Source of the DNA: a virus
Lineage: Duplodnaviria; Heunggongvirae; Uroviricota; Caudoviricetes
DNA: 38,438 nucleotides
Reading direction: 5' to 3' (one strand)
IMG/VR virus record: IMGVR_UViG_2534682287_000008
Span: 1-38,438 of that record
In this document: positions 10,383-20,019 of the stretch, in pieces
Numbering within the stretch: position 1 is the stretch's first letter
How the letters are laid out: every line of letters starts with the position of its first letter
Translations under genes and position numbers: made by a program
The notes under the pieces: generated by a model
What the model was told of the DNA's origin: nothing
Databases searched by the model: none
Seen by the model: only the letters and a program-made list of their open reading frames with translations

Positions 10383-11800
10383 TACTCAATCCTTATCTGG
10401 CAGCCAGACAGAGTGACAGGTGACTTCGTGATAACGCGCAATTTGAAGCCAACATTTTTCCTGATTCGCCCGACACGCTTCCACAAAACGCGTTTGTCGT
10501 AAACGAACGGTTCATTTTGCTCAATCATCTGCTCACGCCCGTAATTGATGCCGTCAGTAGTTGCAGAGAGGAACAGTCGGTCAGCATACTGCGCAACGCC
10601 AGTTGAAGATTCAACTTCAAGGTCGAAAACTCTGGCGTTATCCGCTTTGAACAACGGAGTAAACAGCAGGTGTTCCTGTTGCTTTTCGTACTGGCTGCTG
10701 ATATCGAATTGCAATTTCCCGGTCACGGACTCCAGCTTATCGCCGCACGTTATCTGATTGCCTTCGTAAATGAAGTCGATAGCGCGGTACACATCGTCAT
10801 ACAGGCCTGTTTTCAGTACACACCATTGCGGACCATTGGCGCTTGAAGATGCGTCGTACACGAGAACATGGCGCGGAAGATGGATAATCAGCAGCTCATG
10901 CGCATCAAATCGCAGAGACTCCATCACACCATCAGCCAGTTCATCAGCAGTGTAGGAGCGGAGAATTTTCTCAATGCTCGCGCTGGCGATTGGTGATACC
11001 TGACCGGATCCGATGATGTACACAGACGGCGCACCTGTTGCCGGATTGCTGATGAACGCATAAGAATCAGCGAATGGCGTTTTACAGTAAGTCCCGGCAA
11101 TGCCTTTCTGCACCATCAGTGATGGCTGTGCGACATACAAAGCAGCACCAACAGTGGTTGCACCAGTCAGGGAAAAATATTCAATCGTCGATGAACCAAA
11201 GCAGACGATGAAGTCTCGCCATGTTCCGATGCCGATGATGCCGTCAGGCTGAGACTCTGCGCGATATTGTGCGCTGTAACGGTCAGGATGAGATTCGTCT
11301 TCAAGGTCAGTGATAAACCATGAATCAGTACCGTCTTTTGACCACGCATAACGCCCACGTAAGCGCGTAATATCGCGGACTGAGCCTAACTCATACTGCG
11401 TGAATCCGCTGTCTGTAGGCCAGTTTGAGACGGTTTTAACCGTGCCATCATAGCGATACTCGACCAGTTGACCATTAACGCCTACCGCCTGTGATGTCCG
11501 ACCATGCGCCATTGATACACGACCACTTCCGGCAACATCACCGACTTCACTTTCTCCTTTGTACAGCTTGCCGCCACACACGCGATAAACAGCACTCTGC
11601 GCCATGTTGTACTCGACGCCGCGAGATACGCCGTTCACATCAGAGCGTTTGGCAATGCCCGGGAATGAGCGAAGATATCCGCTGCTGTTCAGGATTTCTT
11701 TGGGTGTAGCCAGCATATTCACTGGCAGATAGTCGATATAGTCGGCGTTTCGGAAGTCTTTGCCGACACCTTTCATAAGCGGAAGTTGCTGAATAGGCAT
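10382..11800 (-). CDS. Tail hub / head-completion protein, P22 gp10-like
   Basis: 472 aa, same length and position as P22 gp10. Confidence 0.75.
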   Translation of the reverse strand: MPIQQLPLMKGVGKDFRNADYIDYLPVNMLATPKEILNSSGYLRSFPGIAKRSDVNGVSRGVEYNMAQSAVYRVCGGKLYKGESEVGDVAGSGRVSMAHGRTSQAVGVNGQLVEYRYDGTVKTVSNWPTDSGFTQYELGSVRDITRLRGRYAWSKDGTDSWFITDLEDESHPDRYSAQYRAESQPDGIIGIGTWRDFIVCFGSSTIEYFSLTGATTVGAALYVAQPSLMVQKGIAGTYCKTPFADSYAFISNPATGAPSVYIIGSGQVSPIASASIEKILRSYTADELADGVMESLRFDAHELLIIHLPRHVLVYDASSSANGPQWCVLKTGLYDDVYRAIDFIYEGNQITCGDKLESVTGKLQFDISSQYEKQQEHLLFTPLFKADNARVFDLEVESSTGVAQYADRLFLSATTDGINYGREQMIEQNEPFVYDKRVLWKRVGRIRKNVGFKLRVITKSPVTLSGCQIRIE

Positions 11801-11808
11801 TTATTCAC

Positions 11809-12291
11809 CTATGCGTTTGGGATATCGCCATCAATCAGAGGGAGATCGCCTGGATAATATCGGTCAGATGTGAACACGTCATATTTATTACCCAGTCCTA
11901 CAGGAAAATCTCCACGTCGTCGCATTGAAGGAACAACCAGAGTGTCGGTCATCAAGGCATCATATGAGCGTTGGGCGTTACTGAGAACTTGCGGAGTTGG
12001 CTCAAGGCTGTAATCAGATAGCATTCTCAGCAATAACTGATAGCCTACTGCGTGTTTGTATTTTCTTGGAAGACCTGACTCATCATCTGGTAATGGCTGC
12101 TCATCTCCAGTTGCGAAAGCGTAACCAATGTCGCCGGGGTTAATCATCCACTCGGACATCATATCTTCCAGATCATTTACACCATCTTCAATTGATTGCG
12201 GCTCAACATCAGTCAGCGATGCATTAGAAGCAATAGCAAACTTACGAAGCGCAAAAAGGACGATCTCACCCTTTGTCAGTACTGTTGCCAT
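11809..12291 (-). CDS. Head-completion / tail adaptor protein, P22 gp4-like
   Basis: 160 aa; synteny between coat and gp10. Confidence 0.75.
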   Translation of the reverse strand: MATVLTKGEIVLFALRKFAIASNASLTDVEPQSIEDGVNDLEDMMSEWMINPGDIGYAFATGDEQPLPDDESGLPRKYKHAVGYQLLLRMLSDYSLEPTPQVLSNAQRSYDALMTDTLVVPSMRRRGDFPVGLGNKYDVFTSDRYYPGDLPLIDGDIPNA

Positions 12292-12451
12292 TGTCTGCCG
12301 CCTTACGACCTCGCTTACTGGTCGGTTTCAATTCATCAACTGAGGCAACAAAGCCCAACTTTTCGAAAAACTGGAAGTCTTTTTCTGCGATAACGGCCTG
12401 TACATGCCCGGATTCGTTATCTGCGGCAAGGAATACACTCATGCGATCCAT
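12266..12451 (-). CDS. Small hypothetical protein between coat and gp4-like genes
   Basis: 61 aa; ATG with AAGGAAACAAT Shine-Dalgarno; follows the coat terminator. Confidence 0.35.
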   Translation of the reverse strand: MDRMSVFLAADNESGHVQAVIAEKDFQFFEKLGFVASVDELKPTSKRGRKAADNGNSTDKG

Positions 12452-12461
12452 ATTGTTTCCT

Positions 12462-12489
12462 TAAAACATAAAAGGGGCGTAAGCCCCTT
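12462..12489 (-). terminator. Rho-independent terminator after coat gene
   Basis: AAGGGGC-ttac-GCCCCTT followed by TTATGTTTTA on the minus strand. Confidence 0.6.
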
Positions 12490-12493
12490 GTTA

Positions 12494-13765
12494 TTACGGA
12501 TTACCGAAGAACTGACCGCCCATGTGAGGGTTAAAGCACACATATGCAGGCAGTAAGTCGAAGCGCATTTTTTGCACGTTGGCATCGCCATCTGCGTATT
12601 TATGTACGCGGATGGAGAAACCTTCATATGTTGCAACAGCAGAATCAATACTGTGCAGTTTCGGCAGTGGGATAGAGCCAAGTCCACAGAAGAACTTGTT
12701 ATAGAACAGGTTTGGCTTCATTGTCTGGCTAGCAGTGCCTACTACAGATACGGCATCGCCTGCCGCTACATGACGACTTACAGAGTTGTACTGCGGGTTT
12801 GTAGTGTCATAAATCGGAACACCAGAAAGCGTAACCGTCACATCGCCACTGCCGTCTGAATCAGCATCAGCAGTAACCGTTGCAGTGAAGCTAATTGGTG
12901 TGGCTCCGTTATACAACGCCTGTTTGGTCTGCTGTTGCAGCCAGTAGGTATTGGTGAATTTAACCTGATCACCAGCTTTCAGGAAACCTGTAACGCTGGT
13001 TGTCGCTCCGGTCAATGTTACAGTGAACTGGTATGAGTCTTTAACTGCGTTATAGGTAACAGTTGGCTGTGTTTTGACTGTCAGTGTTCCGCCAAATGCC
13101 CCCTGCGTACGAGAGGCAAGCCCATTAGACATCAGTGCGCGAATGCCGCCAAAATTGGTTGGGATCTGTGCATTCTCCCATGCAGTACGAACCAATTGAT
13201 CTGAAGCGTGCAAACCAGTCTGCGCATCAGCAAGTCGCTGTGCAGACCATGGATCCATTACAGCATAGTTTTCACCTTCATTAACGCCGAGGTCTTTCAG
13301 GAAAGATGCCGTCTGCGCAACATCAGACCATTTGGTGATTGGAGTATTGGGGCTACCAAGTGACAACGCACCGTTATTCATCATGAAGTGAGCAAGCTCT
13401 ATTTCAAGGTCGGTAACGATTCGCTGGCGAACCGGCGCGAGAATTTCTTCCAGTTGGTTAAGCTTGATCGCTTCCTCCAGTTGCTGATATTCAACAGCAA
13501 CAGTGATGTAGTTACCTACACGCCCCGTAGCTTTACCTGAGATCAGGTTGTTTTTATTTTGCCCTGAAATATCACCAGTGGGAGTACGGAGGGATGAGAA
13601 TTGATGCGGACGTTTAAAGCTAACGCTATCGCCAGTGCTGGAGTTGATTTCACCTGCCAGCAACTGACGGTCTACGGTTTTCGCCAGAACTAAATCTGAC
13701 ATAAAACCCGGAAGGAATTTTTTCAGAACGATTTGACTGACGTTACTGTCGAGATTGTTAGGCAT
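12494..13765 (-). CDS. Major coat protein, P22 gp5-like
   Basis: 423 aa; follows scaffold gene; synteny. Confidence 0.85.
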   Translation of the reverse strand: MPNNLDSNVSQIVLKKFLPGFMSDLVLAKTVDRQLLAGEINSSTGDSVSFKRPHQFSSLRTPTGDISGQNKNNLISGKATGRVGNYITVAVEYQQLEEAIKLNQLEEILAPVRQRIVTDLEIELAHFMMNNGALSLGSPNTPITKWSDVAQTASFLKDLGVNEGENYAVMDPWSAQRLADAQTGLHASDQLVRTAWENAQIPTNFGGIRALMSNGLASRTQGAFGGTLTVKTQPTVTYNAVKDSYQFTVTLTGATTSVTGFLKAGDQVKFTNTYWLQQQTKQALYNGATPISFTATVTADADSDGSGDVTVTLSGVPIYDTTNPQYNSVSRHVAAGDAVSVVGTASQTMKPNLFYNKFFCGLGSIPLPKLHSIDSAVATYEGFSIRVHKYADGDANVQKMRFDLLPAYVCFNPHMGGQFFGNP

Positions 13766-13776
13766 TTATCTTTTCC

Positions 13777-14661
13777 TTATTCGATTTTTGCGCCGGGGCA
13801 TAATTTGTTGAATTCGTCTTGTTTCGCATCAGCACCGCCACCACGTACTTCCGGCTCTGGCTTGATGGCTTTCTTTGGTTTTGGAGCAAGGCTTACCTGT
13901 TTGCTAATCTGCCCCAAGAGGAATGCTGCGCGAATTGGATCTGTCTCAGCGGCTACACGCTGGCGTAATTGCTGGCTCTTACCTAAGCCATAGGCGAGTA
14001 GTTCAGAGCCTTCGTCTGCACAGTGAATGATGATTTCCTGCTGAATTGGTGGTAGCTCACTAAGAACAATGGCCTCCATTTCCTGATAATCTTTCACAGG
14101 AAGTTTGGCTGCCCGTTGTTTATGCGCTTCTACCCTTTGCTGGAAACGCTGTTGGTATTCCTGTTGCTGACGTAGTTTTTGTTGCTGCTGCTGTTCGACA
14201 CGGCCTTTTTTCTCATGCCAATCAGTCAATGCCTGTTCAAACGCCTGTTCGTCATAATCACACGACTCAAGAGTCGGTTTTGGTGGAATAGCGTCTAGTT
14301 GTGGTTGCTGATGTTCCGCAGGCTTGGCTAATGCTTCCTCAAGCTGGCGGCGCAACTCACGGTTTTCTTTCTGTGTTTCTTTGAAGCCTTTGCGAAGATC
14401 TTTCACCCATTGCGGTGCAGGTTGCCCGTCAATGTGATCATCATCGTCAGCGTTAAGCTGAATTTCTTCATCACCAATACGCAAGGCGTAATCTTCTGGT
14501 GTCTCTTCGGTTTTTTCAGGATCAGTTGCCATCTCTTTTCCGTTGTCATCCTGGCTTTTATTCTCAGGCTGTGACTCTGTTTGGATGATGGTTTCTTCTG
14601 CATTTTCCTGTGTTTCAGACAGGTCAATAACCTGACCGTCGATGATCAGTTCGTTTTCCAT
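13777..14661 (-). CDS. Scaffolding protein, P22 gp8-like
   Basis: 294 aa; acidic N-terminus, Gln-rich coiled coil, basic C-terminus; between portal and coat. Confidence 0.8.
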   Translation of the reverse strand: MENELIIDGQVIDLSETQENAEETIIQTESQPENKSQDDNGKEMATDPEKTEETPEDYALRIGDEEIQLNADDDDHIDGQPAPQWVKDLRKGFKETQKENRELRRQLEEALAKPAEHQQPQLDAIPPKPTLESCDYDEQAFEQALTDWHEKKGRVEQQQQQKLRQQQEYQQRFQQRVEAHKQRAAKLPVKDYQEMEAIVLSELPPIQQEIIIHCADEGSELLAYGLGKSQQLRQRVAAETDPIRAAFLLGQISKQVSLAPKPKKAIKPEPEVRGGGADAKQDEFNKLCPGAKIE

Positions 14662-14674
14662 TGATTACTCCTGG

Positions 14675-16801
14675 TTAACTCGGCATTAAGTCTGCCGGTG
14701 ACTGTGGTGGTGACTGGAATTGCTGTTGTTGTGACTCGGCGACATCTTTCAGAAGGCGTATTGCCTCCATCACTGCTTTGTCATCGATGTTTCTGGCTTG
14801 AGCCAGTTTATAGACAGTGTTTGCCTGACTCTCCATCGCATCCTGCTGGGCAGTAAATGCTTTGATTTGAGTTTGAGCAGTTTCGTTAGTTGCTTTTTGC
14901 GCTTCTGCCTGCGCTGCTACCATTTGCGCCTGAGCGAGAACCATTTCAGGATTTGGCTGGCTTTGTGCTGCCATTTGCGCCTGTTGAACAATCTGCTGCT
15001 CTTTCTCATTGCGTGGTTTTGCAATACCAGATATCAGCAGTTGGTTTCGGTTGTACTCTTTGAAGTCATCAAGGCCTTCGCCATCGATATTGTCCAGAAT
15101 AATACCCTGAATTGCCGGGCGCATTGGGTCTGTTGGAAGCATAGAGCTAAGGACATTTGTCAGTACAGAAACCGTTGCATCACGTCGTGCTGTGTAGCTT
15201 GGTCCAACATCAACCGTCACATCGTATCGACCGACAGAAAGGTCATTTAACGCAACAACAGCCCCTGTTTGCCTGTCAACAACCTGTGCGCTCAGGACAG
15301 CGATATCATCACTTCCATCTTCGTTAACGATGCGCACTTCACGTTCTGAACCGTACACTTCACGCGCCATTGACAGCCATACTTCACCAGCGCGTTTAAG
15401 ACTTTTCGCCATATTGTCCAGATAGATAAACGAAGCCATATCTGCTCTGTTCATCAAGTTGTTAACCGTTTCCTGAGCAATATTACTTGGCATCTGCTGC
15501 ATAGCCTGACTGCCGCCTGTAACCTCCTGAATATCTGCACTGGTTTGCTGTAGTAATGCAGCCAATGCCTGATTCATAACCGCAGGCTGTGTATATCCTG
15601 CCGGGGTAGCTCCAGCGATAATGTTGCCAGATTTATCTCTCACTTCGCGCAACGGCAAGAATGCTGGGCGTTTCTTGTTGCGAGCCTCCCAGTGCTTCTC
15701 AAGTCCACGAATTTGCTCCATGCCAACTATAGGGATCTGACCGGGGTCTTGCGCTGCAGTATCAGCCAGCATTGAAACCTGAAGGTTGTACAAACGCTGT
15801 GGATCCATTGCTTTTGCAATGTGCCCTTCGACACGCTCAATGTCATCAATGAACCAGCGTTTTCCATAAACCGGGATGAGGGGGATATGCTCACCAGGAA
15901 TACGTCGAGGTTTCTCAAGGAAACCATCACCATCCACTACGGATACATACACACGACGGCGCTTCACTGAGCGCCTTGCCACTTCCTGAAATCCAGCTAT
16001 TGCCAGTTCATCTTCAATATCTTCAACCTGATCACTGTCGTATGTTGCAATCTCTCCAGTGATTGGATGTCGATAACTGATAACGTCAACAGACTCTTTA
16101 CGAACTTCGTAATACTTCGCTATGTAAATAACATCTGCATCAAACCAGTCATATTCCCAACTGGTCATAGACGTTACGTCCAGAGAAGCAGGAGGTTTCT
16201 TTCCGTATTCAGCCTCATATTTTTCAGGTGACAACGAATACATGCAGAACGCCCACAACGCGTCAGATTTGTCGTACTTCTTAGCGTCAGGGTCAAACCA
16301 CACAGAGCGCGACGGGTCGTATATTGGTTCAATAGCAATACGCTGACGATCGTCCATGGGGTCGTATTCATTGACCAGCATCGACGTCAAACGGAAGCAA
16401 CCGAAACCACCAGTAGCAGCGTCGTCAAATGCATTATCGCAAGCCTCACCGCCATCAGTTTCTTCGTAGTCAGCACGGAACAGACCATTTAATTTATTGG
16501 CTAACTCTTCGCTTGCCTCTCTGTCACCAGGACGAAACTTAACGGTGATTCTGTTATTGCGGTATTCTGCAATGATGCGGTTAAGTTCAGTTGCTACCTT
16601 ATTGATTTCAAACTTAGGATACTTCTCGAACTGCTCATCAAGCTTAGTTCCAGCCGCCGTTGCTCCTTCCCATTGACCTCCGGGGACACGAGCAAACCTC
16701 GTAGCTTCAATGCACTTTTCGCGCACTTCCTGCTGTGGAGAATAGGCGCGGTCAAACCTGAGCATGATCCGCTCATGTTTTTTCTCTAATGTCTCTGCCA
16801 T
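14675..16801 (-). CDS. Portal protein
   Basis: About 708 aa; follows TerL; ATG at 16799-16801 (MAETLEK); ORF track start is a TTG three codons upstream. Confidence 0.85.
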   Translation of the reverse strand: MAETLEKKHERIMLRFDRAYSPQQEVREKCIEATRFARVPGGQWEGATAAGTKLDEQFEKYPKFEINKVATELNRIIAEYRNNRITVKFRPGDREASEELANKLNGLFRADYEETDGGEACDNAFDDAATGGFGCFRLTSMLVNEYDPMDDRQRIAIEPIYDPSRSVWFDPDAKKYDKSDALWAFCMYSLSPEKYEAEYGKKPPASLDVTSMTSWEYDWFDADVIYIAKYYEVRKESVDVISYRHPITGEIATYDSDQVEDIEDELAIAGFQEVARRSVKRRRVYVSVVDGDGFLEKPRRIPGEHIPLIPVYGKRWFIDDIERVEGHIAKAMDPQRLYNLQVSMLADTAAQDPGQIPIVGMEQIRGLEKHWEARNKKRPAFLPLREVRDKSGNIIAGATPAGYTQPAVMNQALAALLQQTSADIQEVTGGSQAMQQMPSNIAQETVNNLMNRADMASFIYLDNMAKSLKRAGEVWLSMAREVYGSEREVRIVNEDGSDDIAVLSAQVVDRQTGAVVALNDLSVGRYDVTVDVGPSYTARRDATVSVLTNVLSSMLPTDPMRPAIQGIILDNIDGEGLDDFKEYNRNQLLISGIAKPRNEKEQQIVQQAQMAAQSQPNPEMVLAQAQMVAAQAEAQKATNETAQTQIKAFTAQQDAMESQANTVYKLAQARNIDDKAVMEAIRLLKDVAESQQQQFQSPPQSPADLMPS

Positions 16802-16803
16802 GT

Positions 16804-18216
16804 TTACCAACCGGAGGATGAGGGAACGTATATTTCAGTTTCTTCACGGTCCAATGCCGGGCAATGCATACACATCATCAGCGCATCAGCCAGGTTAGGA
16901 GATGGAATACCGAGCTTCTGCTTCATTTCGACCTTAGTCATTAGCTCCAGCTTCCCGTTGTTATTGAATTTGCGCTGAATCTGCGTCAGTTCTGCAAACA
17001 GCTTCTCCAGCATATTCTCGCCTATTGCTTCTTTGTCGAAACTCAGCATGTCGTCGGGGTCTGCATACTCACCGTAGACAACCGCCCGATATGTCAGATA
17101 CAGCCTGTCAGCCAGCGCGTAATAGAATTGCGCTCGCTTATTGCGGAATACATCACCAATAGTGCGAACGTTGTCGCCCTGTACGACTTCATCAGCCCAT
17201 GCTCCGGCTTGATACGGTGCATCTTCATTGAATGGCGATTCGCTGCCCTTGAACATCGTGGCGGTGATTTTCTTGCCGGAGAACGCTTCCGTTGTCTGTC
17301 TGCGTAGCCCGGCACCAACACCATCACCATCCCACAGGTAATGGTCAGCGCCGTCTTCAATCGCCAGCGAAGTAGCCCAGTCAGCGCCCTCGTTGATGTC
17401 CATCAGCAGACCTTCGGCAATGCGATTAACTACCGAACCGTGACGCGATGCATAACCTTTAGCATCTGGCCCTGTATCTGACGGGTCATGCGCAGAAACA
17501 ACAGCGCCTTTCGCTTTCCATCCGAGTTTCTTGTGCGCATCGGTTGCGGCTTCAAGCCATTCACGTTTGATGATTGCCATATCACTTGCGCTTACTGGCT
17601 CACCAAGCCAGATGTGACGATACAGTGTCGGATTTCTGCGTTTACACTCTTCCATCTCCAGACGGAGAACTTCAGGAAAGTGCGGGTTGTCGGTGTAGTT
17701 CACCGTCAGCAGACAAATATCATCGGGAGGATTTACGACGAATCGCTGATAGGTATCGTCGAGTATGTTTTTCGGGTTAAAGCTCACCCATATTTCGGAA
17801 AACGGCTTGCGGATGGTTGGTATCAGGATATCCCATGATTCCTTCGTTACCGCTTCCGCTTCTTCCACCCAGCAGATATCAATGCCTTCGAGCGATTTAA
17901 TCTTCGTCGGGTTGTTTTTTATGCCGTAGAACATGAATTCAGCATTCGTTCCGAGATGACGGATCATTGAACGCTGAATTTCAAACTCAGCCGAATACCC
18001 TTCACGCTCGATGGTATCTTCAAGCAACCGGATTACCGAATCGCTGATACTGTTTTGCAGTTCACGAGCGCAGAGAATACGCACTGGCTGACGACGCGCC
18101 GCTTCAACAAGCAGCCTCGCAATTGCCCATGATTTGCCGCTACCTCGACCGCCTTTGGCGACTTTGTAGCGATGCGCCTCAATGAACGGTTCAAAGATAG
18201 GATTAATCGAGGTCAT
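16804..18216 (-). CDS. Terminase large subunit
   Basis: 470 aa; Walker A GGRGSGKS; start overlaps TerS stop (ATGA). Confidence 0.9.
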   Translation of the reverse strand: MTSINPIFEPFIEAHRYKVAKGGRGSGKSWAIARLLVEAARRQPVRILCARELQNSISDSVIRLLEDTIEREGYSAEFEIQRSMIRHLGTNAEFMFYGIKNNPTKIKSLEGIDICWVEEAEAVTKESWDILIPTIRKPFSEIWVSFNPKNILDDTYQRFVVNPPDDICLLTVNYTDNPHFPEVLRLEMEECKRRNPTLYRHIWLGEPVSASDMAIIKREWLEAATDAHKKLGWKAKGAVVSAHDPSDTGPDAKGYASRHGSVVNRIAEGLLMDINEGADWATSLAIEDGADHYLWDGDGVGAGLRRQTTEAFSGKKITATMFKGSESPFNEDAPYQAGAWADEVVQGDNVRTIGDVFRNKRAQFYYALADRLYLTYRAVVYGEYADPDDMLSFDKEAIGENMLEKLFAELTQIQRKFNNNGKLELMTKVEMKQKLGIPSPNLADALMMCMHCPALDREETEIYVPSSSGW

Positions 18217-18740
18217 TTTCCGAATAGAGTGCTCATCGGTGATGTTTCAATCTGTATTGCGCCGCCGTCTTTACCGGTTAGCTCGTGAGAAGCTTGTTCT
18301 TTAAATGCCTGAACGGAAACATGCTTACCAAGAAGTTCGAGGTTTTTGACCTTATCAGGCCATTTGATTTTCTTCAGAAGTGCGGCACTATCTGCGGATA
18401 CCATCTCCACGACATCCATTCCTGATAGCGTTGTGCGCCATACCTTAGGCCAGTCTTTAATGGGCTTTAACTCACCGTTTTGCAGGAGAATGTCGAGCAC
18501 ATCCATCTGGTCGATTTCAATAAGGCGGTTAAGTACATATTCTGCATTAATACCAACAAGATCATTGCGTTGCGCTTTCAGTTCGGAGATTCTTAACTTG
18601 ATGTCAGGTTTTGACAGGTTTTCGGATGCGGTACGGTTAGCTGTCTTTGCGCTGTACCCCGCCCGAATAGCCGCTTGCGTGGCGTTTAAATCGATGAGGT
18701 ACTCGCGACAGAACATTTCTTGCTTGTCAGTGAGTGCCAT
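18213..18740 (-). CDS. Terminase small subunit
   Basis: 175 aa; N-terminus MALTDKQEMFCREYLIDLNATQAAIRAGYS typical of small terminase family; immediately upstream of TerL. Confidence 0.8.
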   Translation of the reverse strand: MALTDKQEMFCREYLIDLNATQAAIRAGYSAKTANRTASENLSKPDIKLRISELKAQRNDLVGINAEYVLNRLIEIDQMDVLDILLQNGELKPIKDWPKVWRTTLSGMDVVEMVSADSAALLKKIKWPDKVKNLELLGKHVSVQAFKEQASHELTGKDGGAIQIETSPMSTLFGK

Positions 18741-18766
18741 GTTTTCTCTTATGAAGGTGATTAGTT

Positions 18767-18979
18767 ATGAGCAAATCTTCGACTGTAAGAAAAGCGTTAT
18801 TTAAAATTGGCGATTCCGTATATTTGAAATCAGGCGGTCCTGAGATGTCTGTATACGAAATCCACGAATTCGGAGGTTCTTTTACTGGAACATACACATG
18901 CCAATGGTTTGCAGGGAAAAAACTTGAGAAAGGACACTTTGCTGAAGAGTCTTTAACGGACACAAACCCAAAGCCATAA
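18767..18979 (+). CDS. Small protein, DUF2158 (YodC)-like
   Basis: 70 aa; motif GDSVYLKSGGPEMSV; antisense to late operon. Confidence 0.5.
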   Translation: MSKSSTVRKALFKIGDSVYLKSGGPEMSVYEIHEFGGSFTGTYTCQWFAGKKLEKGHFAEESLTDTNPKP

Positions 18980-19023
18980 GCCCAAGCGCGTCTCATTTAA
19001 AAGTTGCTGATATAACAAAGTGG

Positions 19024-19263
19024 ATGATGTCCGCATTAGCAACTGACAGATGCCTTTATCAGCAAGATGTTGTCGATTACCTGATAAAGACAGGTAATGA
19101 GCAGCACCTGAAAGAAAATGCAGATGGCAACCAAGTACTTTCAACCAAAGTTATAAATGCATTTAGAGTTGATAGTGGCGATGATGTCGTTTGGGTTAAG
19201 CCAGATAAGTACTGGCGTTTCCGTGTGCCTGAAGACGAAAACGGTCGTGAAGCCCGCGGTTAA
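19024..19263 (+). CDS. Hypothetical protein
   Basis: 79 aa ORF directly downstream of the DUF2158-like gene. Confidence 0.4.
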   Translation: MMSALATDRCLYQQDVVDYLIKTGNEQHLKENADGNQVLSTKVINAFRVDSGDDVVWVKPDKYWRFRVPEDENGREARG

Positions 19264-19326
19264 ACTTATCCACGATAAAAGGCAGCATGCTTAGTGCTGC
19301 CATATTCATCTCACTTAATTGTCATT

Positions 19327-19506
19327 TCAGGTTGAGAACTCTTTTGCACCTTCAATCAATGACTGCTTCAGCAATTCGAGTGTGCCAATCGCCTCACACA
19401 AACTGATTTCACCATCGTAATCATGAATAACGCTTTCAAGCCGCTCGTATAGCTCTTGAGTAATTGGGAATTTCTTCTCCTTACCCAAATTGATTACGCG
19501 GCTCAC
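19327..19506 (-). CDS. Hypothetical small protein, GTG start
   Basis: 59 aa read by hand; GGAG 7 nt upstream of GTG; frame opens immediately after stop of upstream 80-aa gene; absent from ORF track. Confidence 0.3.
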   Translation of the reverse strand: MSRVINLGKEKKFPITQELYERLESVIHDYDGEISLCEAIGTLELLKQSLIEGAKEFST

Positions 19507-19507
19507 A

Positions 19508-19750
19508 TCATGCTCCGGTGGTGAACAGGTCTAACGCTTCCTTCGATTTACGCACCGCTTCGATTGTGCGGGTCGTGATATCTGAATTAGCGCCGCCTGA
19601 CTGGAAGTGAATTTTGAATAGCTCAAGCTTCAGTTCGTCAGTGCCAATGAATTGAAATGCTTCCTCTGCGGCTGCGTTCTGGTTCATGACCAGTTTGTAA
19701 ATCTCTAACTGGAATTTCTGTTCTTCAGTCATGGGGATAATCTCTGCCAT
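19508..19750 (-). CDS. Hypothetical protein, possibly P22 orf80-like
   Basis: 80 aa from ATG at 19748-19750 (MAEIIPMTEEQ) with GGAG 6 nt upstream; ORF track start is an upstream TTG. Confidence 0.45.
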   Translation of the reverse strand: MAEIIPMTEEQKFQLEIYKLVMNQNAAAEEAFQFIGTDELKLELFKIHFQSGGANSDITTRTIEAVRKSKEALDLFTTGA

Positions 19751-19818
19751 TGTTGGCTCCGGTTGTGGTGATGATGTCAAGCAAGCCCATCTTGACTATC
19801 TCAACTAGTCGATTCATG

Positions 19819-20019
19819 ACATATGTCACATTTATACCAACCAGATCATTGCGTTGAGTTTACAACTCAATAATTCTTGGTTGGACGTCAAGTTTTGACG
19901 GTTTTTCGGGTGGCAGTTGATAGCAATCTTAGAACTGCCCCCGAATAGCCGCTTGTGTGGCGTTTAAATCGATGAGGTACTCGCGACCGAACGTTTCTTA
20001 TTTTTCGGTAAGTGCCATT
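19819..20019 (-). pseudogene. Degenerate duplicate of the terS 5' end (start codon plus about 200 bp), premature stop at codon 7
   Basis: Near-identical blocks to 18545-18740, e.g. CGCGAGTACCTCATCGATTTAAACGCCAC and GCGGCTATTCGGG; reads MALTEK-stop. Confidence 0.65.

Noticed and set aside
6497-17838. Numerous 60-150 aa ORFs in alternative frames or antisense within gp16, gp20, portal, terminase and other structural genes
   Set aside because: All are nested in long, syntenic, well-supported CDSs and lack start signals
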